DNA of 64,000 nt from Nymphaea colorata (lineage: Eukaryota): NCBI RefSeq assembly GCF_008831285.2, contig NC_045138.2:15066001-15130000 (forward strand). The letters are read 5' to 3'. The position numbers and the translations under genes were made by a program. Shown piece by piece: positions 25,486 to 40,081 of the stretch. Positions within the stretch are counted from its first letter, which is position 1. The number at the start of each line of letters is the position of its first letter. The notes under the pieces were generated by a model. That model did not search any database and had not been told where the DNA came from. It was given only the letters and a program-made list of their open reading frames with translations.

Positions 25486-27395
25486 AATTGTCAAGCCTAT
25501 AATTTGGTTCTCAATCGGACCCAGTAATAATTCTACTTGTCGAGGGGAACAGAAGTCACGTTATATGTATATGGGCTGCCACTCACCCAACTTCTTCTTC
25601 TCCAGATCTTTTCAAACACGAAATTCCTTGGCTTTTATCATGCATGGCACACTCCCCATGGTCCACCGCACCATCAGACGACTTCGTCTTCTTCTTCTTC
25701 TTCTTCATTGTGCAGCTCAGTTTTATGTGTTCTTGAACCATCTTTTTTCTTTTCTCCATAAAACAATGAAGATGTTGATGATGAAAAATCACATAAGTTT
25801 ACGAGCATGAGCGGAGCTGTTTGCATCAGTTTTCTCCTTGATATGAATTAATCACTTTTTGGATCCACATCCGCGTGCACAGCACAGATTCTTTTTTATG
25901 ATTCTGAGTTCAAAGTTTGTGCTTCGCAAGTGCAGCCATGACCAAATATTAATGCAAACTTATGAAAGCTTTGCGGAACTTACAGCGGGTGTCCCCAATT
26001 ATCCTAAATAAAGTTTTGGACATCCATTAGATTTGATAAGGAAAAAAATATATTTGCATTATTAGTTTGTTTGATTCGAATTTTTTGGTTATCAAAGTCA
26101 ACTGCTTGAATCCAAAAGGTGACCAAATATTAGATTATGTCTCCCCCATTGGTATCTTAACTCCGTTACATGCGGTTCTAATTATTTTCTGGATGAGAAA
26201 AATTAGAAAGAAGATAACCCAAGATCATCTTTCCTAACTTCTAATAGATTTGGACAATAACCATGAACCTGAAACTTCTTAATATAAAAAGATAATCCTA
26301 AATTTCCTTTACGAAACTTCGGCTCCTTGGATCCCACGGATTCAAATCAGATGTCCCGTATTTCTGATCCGCTTTGCATCGAGCGTCGGCGTCGGGTCAA
26401 CCCCGAGTGGCATGAATTGGACCGGATCTGGTCATAACCATATCGGCAGGCACGTTCTGGAACACACCTGTAAACTTCCATCTGTCGATTTCAAAACTTA
26501 AAAAATGAATAAATAAATAATAAGTAGGTGAATCATGAAGGTCACTCTTGCCAAATAAACCGAAATAAGGCGAAAAAGGAAAACCTTTTTTTTTTGTTAT
26601 TATTAAAAAGAAAGTTTGTCAAAAATTTTGCTACTAATTTGATAAAGCAGTCTCACATTTCAAAATTTCCTAAATCATGCACCACACATTTATTTTTTGC
26701 CAAAAGGCAAATAATTGCTTCCTTCGCAATCTAAAGGTCTTGGCATACCAACGAAAATGATATCCACATTCAAGTTATACCAGCTGAACACGGCTTTCCA
26801 TATCGTTCTCAAAGTTAAACTTTACAAATTCATGTGCAATGTGCTTTTTCTTTTCCAGTTTCTGAACTTAATTTAAAATAATTTAAGTCAATTTTGAATA
26901 AAAATGTAGATTAAGATGCTGTAATCCAAGATTATTAATGGGCATCGACTGATGTGCTGGATCCGTGAGGAAATCAATAGAGATTTAATATCTATATTAG
27001 TAACGACCGCTATCTAAGGTTTCAATAAAATTGAGCACTCAAATGAAAATCAATACAAAAATTTGGACCTTGGAAAATAATGTCTAAAAAAAAAATTTCA
27101 ATTCTCCCGACCTCCCGTCTCGTGAAATGGTTAGATTCTCATTTTATCGGCTCTCTGTGAAATGGTGGGTAACGTGTGTTCAAAAGTAAAGGGCATCAGA
27201 GAGGAGAAGCGAATTCCTCTTGCCTTCCTCCTTCCCCATCGTCTCCCGCCACCGCTACCATCGCCATCACCGCCACGGCGCCACCGCCACCGTCACCAGA
27301 CCAAATATCTCTTCTGCTTCACATGAGGAATGAAGGAAGCAGAATAGAAGGACAAAACTGAGTCCTTTTCACTGCCGCCACCACCAGCCAAAGAA

Positions 27396-30300
27396 ATGCC
27401 ACTCCCCACGAAGCCAAAGGGCCTCCTCCGGCCAGTCCTCCTCTCTATCCTCGTGTTTCTCTCCACTTCTACCACCGATCCCGGCGATGTCGCCGTCCTC
27501 CGGGCCTTCGAGAAGGGACTAACCAACCCTTCCCTCCTCAAGTGGCCTCCCAACGACTCCGACCCCTGCGGCTCTTCCTGGCCTTACGTCTTCTGCTCCA
27601 ACTCCCGTGTCACCCAACTCCAGGCCAAGAACCTCGGCCTGGAGGGACCTCTTCCGGCCAACTTCAACCAACTCAAGTATCTAGCCAACCTCGGCCTCCA
27701 AAACAACCGCCTCTCCGGCCCCCTCCCTTCTTTCAGCGGCCTTTCTCTACTCCAGTACGCCTATCTCGGCAACAACCAGTTCGACTCAATTCCGGTCGAT
27801 TTCTTCGACGGCCTGTCCGCCCTTCAGGTTCTATCTATCGAACTCAATCCCCTTCTCAACCAGAGCTCCGGTTGGACCCTCCCCACTTCCCTTCAGAACT
27901 CCGCCCAGCTCACCAATCTCTCCCTCTCCAATTGCAACCTCGTCGGCATCATTCCTGACTTTCTTGGCTCGATGCCTTCTCTGAGTCTTCTCCGGATGTC
28001 CTATAACCGCCTTTCCGGCCCAATTCCGGCGAGTTTCAATGGCTCGAATTTGCGGTTTGTGACGCTCAACAACCAGGTTGGTCCCGGTCTGAGTGGCCCC
28101 CTCGACGTCTTCGCCACCATGAGCTCGCTGCAGCAGCTCTGGGTCCACGGCAACCAGTTCTCTGGCGTGATTCCAGCAGCTTTCTCGAAATGCGTCTCTT
28201 TGGCCGATCTAAGGCTTAATAACAATAATCTCGTGGGACCAATTCCGCCGGAATTGGGAACGATTCCGGCGCTTCAGGTGCTTCTGCTGGACAACAATAA
28301 GCTCACCGGCCCGATTCCAGATTTCAAGTTCGCGAATTACTCGTATACTTACAATTCCTTCTGCCAGAGCGTCCCTGGGGTGCCCTGCGCTCAGGATGTC
28401 AGTGCATTGCTGGATTTTCTCAAGGCCGTTAATTTTCCGTCCTCCCTCTCTGCAAATTGGGCTGGAAATAAACCGTGCTCGAGCCAGTGGCTGGGCGTCT
28501 CCTGCAACTCCGACGGGACTGTTTCTGTTTTGAACCTTCCGAATCGTAATCTAAATGGTAGCATCAGTCCTTCACTTGGGAAGCTTACTTCATTGGTGAA
28601 CATCATTCTGGACAGGAACAATTTGGTGGGTGTGATTCCACCGGAATTGACGGGATTGAAATCTCTTCGTCTCTTGAATGTTAGCTCGAACAATTTGGGC
28701 CCTCCGGTTCCGACCTTCTCCAAGGATGTCGTAGTTGTTATCGACGGGAATCCGCTTCTAGATCCGAACGCACCTCCGAGGTCATCGCCGCCGTCCTCTG
28801 CTGGCTCCCCTCCGTCTTCTACGGGTGGTTCACCATCTTCTCCTGGTAATACGACACCCGGTACTGAGACTCCCGGTGGAAATCAGTCGAGGAAGACGGT
28901 TGCCATCGTCGCACCACTCGCTGCGGTTGCAGCATTTCTTGTCGCCTTCGTCCCCATTGTTATTTTCTTCGTTAGGAAGAAGATGAAGAAGAATCAGGAG
29001 GCAGCCTCGTTCGTCGTCCATCCTAGAGACCCATCTGATCCTGGAAATGTTATTAAAGTTTCCGTCGCGACTAATTCTGATGCTAGCAGGTCGGCCATGA
29101 GTTTACAGAGTGAAACACAGGTTGTAGACTCCGGAAACCTCTTGATCTCGGTCCAGGTCCTGCGTTCTGTGACAGGGAATTTCTCACCAGAAAATGAGAT
29201 TGGAAGGGGCGGATTCGGAGTTGTTTATAAGGGTGCGCTAGATGATGGCACCATGATAGCAGTGAAGAGGATGGAGGCTGCAGTGATCAGCAACAAGGCA
29301 TTGGACGAATTCCAGTCGGAGATCGCCGTGCTCTCGAAAGTTCGGCACCGGCACCTGGTTTCCCTAATTGGGTACTGTATAGAAGGCAATGAGAAGCTCT
29401 TAGTTTATGAGTACATGGAGGGGGGTGCTCTCAGCCAGCATCTTTTCCAATGGCAGAAGTTGCATTTGCAACCTTTGTCCTGGAAAAGAAGGCTCATCAT
29501 TGCTCTGGATGTTGCCAGAGGGTTGGAATACCTTCACAATATGGCTCATCAAAGCTTCATTCACAGGGATCTTAAGCCTTCTAATATCCTTCTTGGAGAC
29601 GACCTCAGAGCAAAGATTTCAGATTTCGGTTTGGTGAAGCTTGCGCCCGACGGGAAGACTTCGGTGGCCACGAGGCTTGCCGGCACCTTTGGATACTTGG
29701 CACCAGAGTATGCAGGTAAAAATAGCAAACTGTTCCTGCAACTGCTTTATCTTCCTCTTGGAGCTGCTTCAAATTGTGGTTGGTCGTATCTGTGGCTATT
29801 TGTTCGCGTATATGGTAGTCCTTTGTCGAGAATGAGTCTGTTCTTCTTAGACCATTCCAACCTCTTACTGGGCGAGAATTTCTTTATAAATGATAAAAAA
29901 TTGGACGCATTGGACGTGACCTTGGGAATATCTGTCTGTCCTGTCATTCACAGTCACAGAGATCCCCTTGTATGTCGTTTTACTGTGATTCTGTACCGAA
30001 TATTTGGGCCATGTTTTGATTCCACATATCTGAGGACTCCCGTCTAACAAATACCTGTTGAAATCATAGCTATAGGCCATTTTTGTCCTTTAGGGATACT
30101 AGATTTGATACTGTTGCTACCAATATCAGGTCGATGTTCAGGGTGCAGGTTGTGGAAAATTTCTGATTTCTGATGATGAACAGATATGAGTGACTTGACG
30201 CCTATTCACATGATGCATTCCCACGTTTCTTCCTGTTTGGTTTTGTACAATCTCTTTTAGGCTGTGCTCTCTGTATTCCTGTGTTGTACATGTGCATGCT

Positions 30301-31068
30301 ACAATATGCAGACAGAATCAACTTGACATCTCCCATATTATGCATTTCCCCAGTTCTTGCTGTACAATCTCTTTTTAAATTGCCTGCTTTGTATTACTCT
30401 GTTCTGCATGTTTGCTTATGGTGCATATGGATCTGGTAACAATGAATGATCTGCATAAGTTGTGTCGTATATTACCCTTTTACTGTTAAAGTCACTAATC
30501 TCGAGCCTCTAAAGCTAAAAGTACTGAAGCACAAAAGAAATGGTTCATCTATGCAGTGACCGGGAAGGTGACAACGAAGGTAGATGTCTTCAGTTTTGGT
30601 GTGGTGCTTATGGAGCTTTTGACTGGATTAACTGCACTGGATGAGGACAGACCGGAGGAAACGCGATATCTTGCCTCTTACTTTTGGAAGATCAAAATAA
30701 ACAGGGAAGCTCTGCTTGCTGCTCTTGATCCTGCACTTGATGTTACAGAAGACGCTGTTGACAGCATTCAGATTGTTGCGGAACTTGCCAAGCATTGCAC
30801 CTCAAGGGAGCCGCAGCAGCGACCGGACATGAGCCATGCAGTCAATGTGTTATCACCACTCGTGGAGAAATGGAAGCCAACCAACGAAGAAGATGATGAG
30901 TATGACGGAATCGCTTTTGACAAGCCATTGCTTCAAATGGTGAAAGTCTGGCAAGCTAGTGATGAAGCTGCTGTGAATAATGCAACACCATCAGATGACA
31001 GCAGGAGCAGCATCCCTGCAAGGCCAACCGGATTCGCAGAATCATTCACTTCCATGGATGCACGATGA
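27396..31068 (+). CDS. TMK: TMK-family LRR receptor-like kinase; exons 27396..29715 and 30557..31068; 943 aa
   Basis: Signal peptide; LRRs interrupted by a Cys-pair island (NSFCQSVPGVPC..WAGNKPC..WLGVSC); Ser/Pro-rich stalk; TM; kinase (GRGGFGVVYKG, AVKRME, HRDLKPSN, DFG, GTFGYLAPEYA|VTGKVTTKVDVFSFG); TMK C-tail SIPARPTGFAESFTSMDAR. Phase-1 intron G|gtaaa...tgcag|TG. Confidence 0.95.
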
Positions 31069-33226
31069 GTCATATTTTCATTCCATGTTGATGAAGCTTC
31101 TTCCAACTATTGCAGAAGATGTACATAGAAAGAATAATAGTACCACAGTTTTGTCTGTATCTGTTCTTCTGTGTTCTTGTAAGTTTGTCTCTGTTTTGAG
31201 GCAAAGTTTTCAATTTATATATTGATTGCTTGGATGGGGTACCTTCCCAAACCCCAACTTATGATTGTCATTTTCAATTTATTATCCAATGTTTAATTAT
31301 CCTTGTCTGCGTCTATGTTGGCTCCCTGCCTATGCAACATTCCTCCTTTTTTGTGGGTGACCTTTTTTTACAAAAATGTTATCATATACTTTTCTTTCTA
31401 TGATTGTCAACTGCAATTATCTTTCGCTTGCAAGGTACATGTCAATCCTCTCTCTCTTCTCTCTCTCTCTCCCCCCTCCTTGCCTTCCTGTCCCTTGACT
31501 CTCTAGGCGTGCCTTTGGCTTTTCTTCTTTGGTTTCTTCCAACACTTTCGACCAACTCCAGTAGCTTCGATTGATTAATCTGTCAACCGCTGCCACCTCT
31601 CCTGCTTTGGTCCCAAATCCTGTCTCCAGTCATTTCTCTTGTCCACTGTTGCAGCGTCTGTTCTTCGTCAACTAACCAGACGTTTCCTTGGGCCTTTTAG
31701 ATCTCACCACCCCTCATCAGTTCACGTGTTTTCCACTTTCTTTATTGTCCTCCGGGTTTTACCTTTTAGTGTGTTGGTCTGCAATCATCTTATGCTATCC
31801 ACAGGCTACCCACAGGGTAAACAAACACTAGATTTCACCATTATGTAAACAAAAGAATTTGAGATCCACCTCAAAAATCCTCAGATTTAAGATTCCCAAT
31901 AATCTCAAATAATCTCAAAACACTTCCTAGCGATTTTGGTTCATTTGTTGCGGTGGATCATTGAAAGAGTGTGTAAATGGAACTACAGCTACCACAAAAA
32001 TTGAGGTAAATTTCATGTATGTACCACAAAAATTGAGATAAATTTGTGAAAGAGTATAACACAGTGTTTCATTTAACCATTTGTTACTGTTTTCAATACT
32101 TTATGTTGGTTTCTAAGTTGATTCTTCGTCTTACATTGAAGACGTACAAATGTTCCCAAGGACAGATCAATCTCTGACTACCACCAACACTTAAAAGAGC
32201 GTGTTTTATCGTCGTTCCCAAAACATTCGAAATGGACACACCCTGTCTCCCGTTACTGCATGTTCTGCTTTTGGAAAAACGGGCCAGAACGTCAAAGCCC
32301 GCCCACAATGTTGTTTCTTCGAACACCAGTTTTTTTATTAAATAGTTTGTCGAAGCAGGAGAATCAAACGCAACCGCGTCTCCCGCTGTCGTGTAAGAGC
32401 ACCAGGAAGAAAGCCTTTTCAATTTTAAGACGTGAGATCTTCTTAAGACTAGATTTTTGCATCTTTAACTTTGTTTTTTTGGGATAAACATTAAAACCTC
32501 TAAATTTTCCTTTTGTCCCCGACGCGGTGCAAGTTTAAGAAGAAAATTATTTCTTTGGATAGAAAAAATAACGTCGGCCATACTTTTTCTGACCATACCA
32601 ACAGATAAACATTCTAAATATCTAACTCTTCGATTCTGACCTTCTTCAACCTAGAGGCTCCAAGTAATCGTACCTAGAGAAGGTAGTTTTCGCAGTTAAA
32701 GAGCTATTTTTGTGGGTAACAAAAGAAAAAGTTGTTGATGAAAGAAGCCTTCTCCTCCATAAGGGGTATAGATCAAATATGGATATGCTAAACATATAAG
32801 AAATGATATTTATATGAAACAGTAGGACAACAAACCAAAAAAAAAACAAAATTCTCCTGAAAAGGATATGTACATGTAGTGGAAATGGAGAATCAGATCT
32901 TTTTCAAAAATAATTCATTATAATAATAGTAATTGTCGGACAAACATAAACTGAGAAGCAACCAGAAAGCGCGGATTTGAATGTTTGAGAGAGGGTAGTT
33001 GTTTCAATGTGTGTTTGAAATTGTACAAAAAAAAAAAAAAAGGCAAACATTGGCAAAGCAAATGGGAAAGCTTTTTGGCACGCTTTCATTGCATTAGGTA
33101 GCCTTTTGAGAGGGCAGCACTCAATTGAAAACGGAGTGACCCTTCTCATAATTAATACATAAAACTTCCCCAACAAGTGCCTTTTTTTTAAAAAAATCAA
33201 GTCCCAATTCTGTCATTCGTTCACTT

Positions 33227-33279
<53 letters not shown>

Positions 33280-34268
33280 CCGATATAGTTATTATCATAT
33301 CCAACCATTGGGCAATTTTTAATTTCAACATTTTGAACCAATTCAGATTTAAATATAAAAATTATAAAGTCTTATTTATAATTAGACATGTAGTTGTATT
33401 CAAGGACAAAAAGCCCACATTTTTTCATGAGAAGACCCGAATTAAAGTTTCTAAATTTTGACAAGATTTTAAATATCATTTTTCAAAATTTTTGTATCGA
33501 ACAAGTGAATTTTTTTAAAATTTACATGTAAATCTTATAAAAAAAAATGAGGGGGGCATGGTCCCTGCAGGCCCCCCTTGGCTTCGCGCATGATTGTTTT
33601 TAGATGTCAGTGAAAAATGTATATCTACCAAATTCAGAAAAAAATGGTAATTTAGATGTAAATTTTCTTAAGAAATCCACCTGCTTGAATCAAACGATTG
33701 GCCAAAACCAAATGTTAGTCTACATGTACTTTTCTCCATTCTTATTTTATTTTAGTCGTTTGGAATGAGAACCTATATCAAAATATGCCAGTGGAAGCAG
33801 GGCCTCTGCATTTAATGCCAACAGTTGAACCAACTTATAGAGATGTGCTTTTAAATTCGTTTGGTTGGATTCAGATGAGCTCAAAGGGGCAGCAGACTGA
33901 GGAATCGTTAACAATATTCTCATCAATTCACATCTCAAGGCGGCAAGTCTCCATCTGCATTCATGATCCCCACAACTTCTAGGAAGCACAATAATGACCA
34001 GGAGTTCAACTTGCGCCTTTAGTAAAGGAGGGAATTTGAGAACCACTCATTAATCTTTTGAAAGGAAAGGGCAAGCAATTATAACTTTGCAATAGATAGT
34101 ATATCATATAATGATGAAACGCAGTGAATAGCTGGTAAATCTGCCACAACTAGAGATGACTGAGAATGGTGGAAGAAACATCTAGCTTGACTTTAACAGC
34201 ACACCAACCCCCCACCCTGCCCCAGCAAAAAAAAGAAAAAAAAGAACCTCTGTGCTAAAAGCAAAAGG

Positions 34269-34361
<93 letters not shown>

Positions 34362-34810
34362 CCGACAAAATGAAAATTCATTAACAAAATTGAGAGTCAG
34401 TAGTTACAAATAACATCAAAAAGTTAGGGGAAAAAAAAGAGATAGCAAAGTTAACAAAGAAGCAACTAATCGAAGAAAAAAACAAGAGATATGAGAAAGG
34501 GAGAGGGAGGGAGGGAAGGGAGGAAGAGAATGAAAAGCTAATCAATAGCCCAACGCAATCCCTGACTAAAGAGGATGGAATGCAAGATGCACATCGGCCT
34601 TGAACAGAGTCTGCGGATGCTGTCGTATTTCTGAACACCCTGTTATTGCCTTCGTCTCAAATCTGCCACAAGCAACTGATAAGCTATAAGCTACTAATAC
34701 CGCCAAAAAACGGGAGGTAGACTGCGAAGGGGTGAAAAGAAGAGCAAGCAAAAGAGAGAGGAATACGCGCCCTTTGGTAATGTTATGACACCGGGCGACA
34801 AAAGTGTTCT

Positions 34811-35124
34811 TGTAACACCCCAGATGTTTAGTCCCGTATCGAAGATTGTGAGGGATCTTCAAGGGCTTATAAAGGGAGGCTTTAATGAGATGATTGTCAT
34901 GGTTCCTAGCCTTTTTAGGATTGAAACCGAAACTGTTAGGGGACGGGTTGGGATCCGTCGAACCAGGGGCCCGAGCCCGGGAGTGGGTCGGGTTGTTATC
35001 CTTAAGGGGGGTGGATTGTAACACCCCAGATGTTTAGTCCCGTATCGAAGATTGTGAGGGATCTTCAAGGGCTTATAAAAGGAGGCTTTAATGAGATGAT
35101 TGTCCTGGTTGTCGGGTTGTTATA
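34811..35124 (+). mobile_element. Miniature LTR retroelement (TRIM-like or deletion derivative): LTR 34811..34999, PPT-containing spacer 35000..35016, internally deleted LTR 35017..35124
   Basis: Both LTRs start TGTAACACCCC, share ~88 bp near-identically and end gtcgggttgttat. Purine tract ttaaggggggtggat abuts the second LTR. Perfect 5-bp TSD GTTCT at 34806..34810 and 35125..35129. Confidence 0.85.
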
Positions 35125-35179
35125 GTTCTATAAATTGGAGAGGACAACATCCATTGGAACCCACCAATGTGCTCATGTA

Positions 35180-36830
35180 TATCATCATCATCCCTGTCTT
35201 GAACAACTAGAATGCCTTTAAACAGGACGTCCGAATATTGGACTTCCCACCATTCATTCTTGTGGCCGGGGACATTTGATTCCGCCGTGACCAGTGTCCA
35301 TTTGATTCCGCCGTGACCAGTGTCCATTTGATTCATAGAATGGAAGCTACCCAATGTTTCGGTTGTCATCTCAGAGTCAGCTAACGCTCCGATCATCGCA
35401 TTCCATGAAGCCTAATCACGCTCCATCATCCTACTGAACAGTTCTCAAGAATCATTTAACTCCCAGATGAAGCATACATAGCGAGAAAGGAATTTCCAAC
35501 AGAAACATCAAAGTCCAGGCCCCGTTTTATAATATGAGAATGAATTTTCTGCCCAGCCTGAAAAGAGGCCAAGTTCCCGCATGAGCTCAATGTGCTTACA
35601 AATGTCAAGTTGTCTGGCACAAAACATTCCCTCATCATCACAAGGAAGGTCTCAAATGATTCTTGGTAGCATTCATTTTTATCAAGCCCCGGAGATCATT
35701 GCATTCCACGAGATGGGGTCCTTCTTAGGATGCGGTCCTTCTTAGGCATGAATTTAAACACTCTTCTTGCATCATGGATAGCACCACCCTTAGACTACAT
35801 GTTAACCAGAGCATTTCCAACGGCAGTCTCATGCTGGATGCCAGTTCCGAATACATGAGCATGAACTTCTCTTCCCCACCGTGGTTCACTTCCACAAGCA
35901 CAGGCACTGAGAAGAACAACAATAGAATCAGTATTCATCTCAAAGCAAAATCTCCTGAGCTTCTTCCCAGTCCTGTTTCATATAGCCAACCTGCATCAGA
36001 CCATTTATTGAAACAACATTCTTTTCCACCACGTCTTCGAATATGCCACGGGCAACAGCAACCTGCCTAAATCTTGCGTAGGTGCCAATCACAGCACTCC
36101 CAACATGCATATTGCATAAGTAGCCAGATTTCATGACATACGCAAGAATCTGCTCGACATGTTCCTGGCAACAGCTTATAAGGCTTCTCAGTGTGTAATC
36201 ATCCGGATACTTACCCATGTGTCGCAGCACCGAGAAAAGCTCAAGAACCAAATCATTGTTCACCGCGAACAAGCTGATATGATACCGTTCCATGACATCA
36301 TACTACTCTCAGGACAACAAACAGTGTAAACGCATCATCAATCGAACCGCAGTTCCCATATATTACCATTAATGCATTACCAACATCCATGTGCAATACA
36401 TATCCACTCTTGACCACGAGTCCATATACTGCTCCCCAGCCGCCGATCACGTTGCTCACTGCACGCCTGGATCCCACTGTCGAGCGCAAAGTGGGTAGGC
36501 TCAAAACCATCCCCTCTCATCTCGAAGAAGAGAGATACGGCATCTCTCGGTTGTCCGTGGCGAACGTGACCAGCTCCACGAAATGGCGTTTCATTGGGGC
36601 AATTCGTCGAACAACTTTCGCGTATCTGCAACGCTCGAAACGTTGATGTACAAGTTGGCGAGGAAGTCTGCATCGAAGCCGAAAAGGATGGCGAGGAGAT
36701 GATGGCACCGCCTTTCGCTTGGAGAGGACGAGGTGTTGCAGTCGTCGACCAGGAAGGAGTAAGTGCTCGGAGGGAATGGAGAGTCTTCGGCAGAAGCTGT
36801 GGAATGGCAGAAGGAGGCCCGTCTGACCCT
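35180..36830 (-). pseudogene. PLS-class pentatricopeptide repeat (PPR) pseudogene
   Basis: PPR motifs scattered over several frames with stops: HGQPRDAVSLFFEMRGDGFEPTHFAL; VYGLVVKSGYVLHMDVGNALMVIYGNCGSIDDAFTLF; VGSAVIGTYARFRQVAVARGIFEDVVEKNVVSIN; PDNLTFVSTLSSCGNLASFQAGQKIHSHIIKRGLDFDVSVGNSFLAMYA. Ends approximate. Confidence 0.85.
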
Positions 36831-39800
36831 TGATAAAGGTGGTCGCCGGTGAAAACTAATGGCGGTGGATTCGGTAAGGAAAGAGTACGATTAGCTGTCG
36901 TGCCGGGGGTTCTTGGTCGTCGATGCATGTTGTAGAATGTGCCACCCCATATCCTCAGAGTACTACAACCACAGTCGGATCAAAGATATCTTCATGCTAT
37001 AGGGAAGACCTCTCCGTCTCCCTCCCCTTCGTTCGTGGTGATAGGCTTCTTGTAGAGCAGGCAGGCAGAATATTCGATTTAAGCAGAAGTTTGTTGGTTC
37101 TACTTCGAACTACGGGCTGCAAATGGCTTGAATCCGAGTTAGGGGCATTGAGATGTAAAAGGTTTCCAATATCATCTCATACCTAATCTGACACAACGTT
37201 GATTGGTTATTTTGATAAGAAAATTGTGAATAAAAATTAACGACAGAATTTGAATTTACAGAATCAGAAGGACATTTGATTCCGATAAATATTCGAACTA
37301 CGGCATGTTTTATGGAATATAGGAATCCAATTCTCCAGTGTCTATCATATTCGTCGAAACAAAAATTAAGATATGATTACTAATTAAATTTGGATTTGCT
37401 ATGTAGTTTCACATTTGAATTTGAATCTAAGTCTCATATTCAACTATGATAGGCTAAAAGACTGACGTGATTACATCTGAACATCAGACTTGCGCTAGTC
37501 AGATGTGAATCCAAGAGCATCAAACGTGCATGTAGCTGTACATTTAAAAATTGAATTATGTTAATACATTTCAATAGTTTGATTGACAATAAGCACATGC
37601 GATTCAAATCCAATGCATTCACATGCAACCTGTTCATTCGTATCAAACTAACTTTTAATTAACTTTTGGATGAGCAAAAAGTTAACAACCAATTACCTAG
37701 TTAAGAGGCCCAATGATCACCCTTTTCCCCTTTGCTTCTAAGGCCTTGAGTTGTATCAGTAATGACAGCAATGCACCCTTTTAACTTATGTGCTACACTT
37801 CATTACTTAAGTTACTGCCCATGAGAATCAATCTAGAGATGTGCCTATTCACATGCCTCTAACCCGACTAGATGTGACCAACTAACTTTCAATTAACTTG
37901 CTCATATATTTATATCCGGATAATTCAGTTTCTACGACATGTTAAGCATGTAACAATTATCTTATGTGGAAAATAATTGCGACTAATCTTATATCAATGA
38001 GTGAGTACTTAAGAGTCTGAATGCTCCTATGCAACAATAAAATGCGAAACTACGAGATTTCGATTCCATGAAACTAGTATCGAGCAGGTTCTCTAATGTC
38101 TAAACCAAAAGGAAAGTATTATAGAACCGCAAGATCTCTATCTTGTGTCTGCTCATCCAAGTGTATGCTTCAAAAAAGTTTAATATAGTGGAAAAAAAGT
38201 CTTACTGGAAACTAAAACCATAAAAGACAGTGGATAATTCTTAACATAGAAGAAACAATTTCTAGATGCAATATATCCGAATGTTTTTTACTCGATCTAA
38301 GTCGATTAGTTATCTCTTCGTTCTAGAATCACAAACTTGACAAGACTGAACTTTCTATGTCTTCTCGAGAGAAATTCGGGAAGTACGATTCTACCTCATT
38401 GAGATAAATTTTCATCAGTCATGCTCTGCTATTGCCAATAAGGTTGTCCTCATCAATGTAATCTGTCTTATAGCATTGGCCGCACGTTCTCATCAATGTA
38501 ATCTGGTACACCGCAGTTCCTGCAATTATGTATATTTGGACACGGTACTCATATCCATACATGTTCCATCTAGGATTTGGAATTTGTAGAAGAAAATACG
38601 TTTTAACTTTTGGTAATATATACAGTAAGATGCTGACAACTTTCGGAACAGAACTTGTTGCATGGAAGCAAAAAATCAATCACCACCACTGAGCCAAATA
38701 TTCACTTTTTAGCAACAAAAGTGCTAAAGAAAGCATACATATTTTGCTTCTTAGAATGAATGCTAAAGCTTGATTGAGTTGATGAAACTCAAATCAAATA
38801 ACTATTCTGCTCATTCATAAAATGAGTCGAGATTGAATTGCCCAGCCCCAAGCACCAACATGTTGGAATGCCGAATCCGTTTTCCTTGTTAGATCTTAGA
38901 TCCACGGTTCTCAATGTAAAACGGATTTGAAAATCATGGACCCCAAACAAAGCTGGATTTCCTTGTAATTATGGACCCCATATCAGAATCGGACCAAATA
39001 AATTGAGATGGGTGGAAAAAAAGATTTCCTCAAAGGTTTTTCCACGGCAAAAGTTCCGTTGTTTATTTTCCATCGGTTAAAAAAGATCCCAAATCGGTGA
39101 AGAAAAGAGAAACTCAATACGAAGTCAATGATTTTGGATTTAGATTTAAATTTGGATCTAGATTTGACAGGTTGAAAAGGGTTGATTTACACGCCTTCTC
39201 GACAGGATACTCGATTCAGTTTGCTACAACATTCATTCACGTCCATCCATTGCCAGTACAAACGATGAGTACGTTGTTAATATTCTCAAAGACAATCATT
39301 ATCAATAGAACAAAACCACCGGTATTCCGTGTGGACATGAAATCCGTTGAACCAATTTCAAAGAGAAAATCCAGGTTGATTCAACAGCTAAATTCGAGTT
39401 CAATGTCCGAAGCTTTCGAAAGAGATTTTAATTATATCTGATTTTGACCGATATCCGGATCTGATATATAGAAAACCCAATTTAGTTATAAATTTCTTTA
39501 TTCATCTTCGAATCTGACTCCCACTGCCATGAAACAACGCTGCATTCAGTCCACTAATGCACTCAATTGGGTTTTCTTTATCTCTGGAAATAGCAACATC
39601 GAATACCAGAGATCCGGATCGCGCATGTAACTTTGATGAGATTGATTGGTAATTAGATTCAACTTCAACTGAATTATTACGTATGATTAGGTTCCGATAT
39701 TGTTCAGAAACAAATCTCCACAACAGATCTCCGATTAAATACGAGACTAAATCTGAAATGTAAAACAAAATAAAACCACACAATTTACATCTGCGTCCCA

Positions 39801-40081
39801 TCAAATATCAAATCACATCCGAAAAGTTAAATAAAATTATATGTGTTGATAAGAAGGTGTATGGTGCCATTGAGATCCAGGGCGGCGCGCTCGTAACGGA
39901 AACTGGCTGATCCGGATCCCGAGAGGGAGCAGAGCTCTCCGGTTTCGTCAAGGCAAAGATCCGGGCCGACGTCAGCCGTCGGGGGAGTCCGAGGGATACG
40001 GGCGCCTCACCTTTCCTCTGCCCTATTAAACATTCCCACCCATCATATTCTTCGCACGCTCCGGCACAGAGCGGCGGAGGT

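Noticed and set aside
25415..25810. Possible DVL/RTFL or PSK small peptide (EQKSRYMY; EEVG*VAAHIHIT)
   Set aside because: No RRCxxMLLCW or YIYTQ motif in the frames I read; low-complexity sequence.
29716..30047. C-terminal ~110 aa of the 883-aa ORF
   Set aside because: Intron read-through; the kinase continues correctly at 30557 after the APEYA splice site.
38380..38700. Short ORFs with a 17-bp repeat (ctcatcaatgtaatctg) and CRNCG
   Set aside because: Too little signal to call a zinc knuckle or TE gene.
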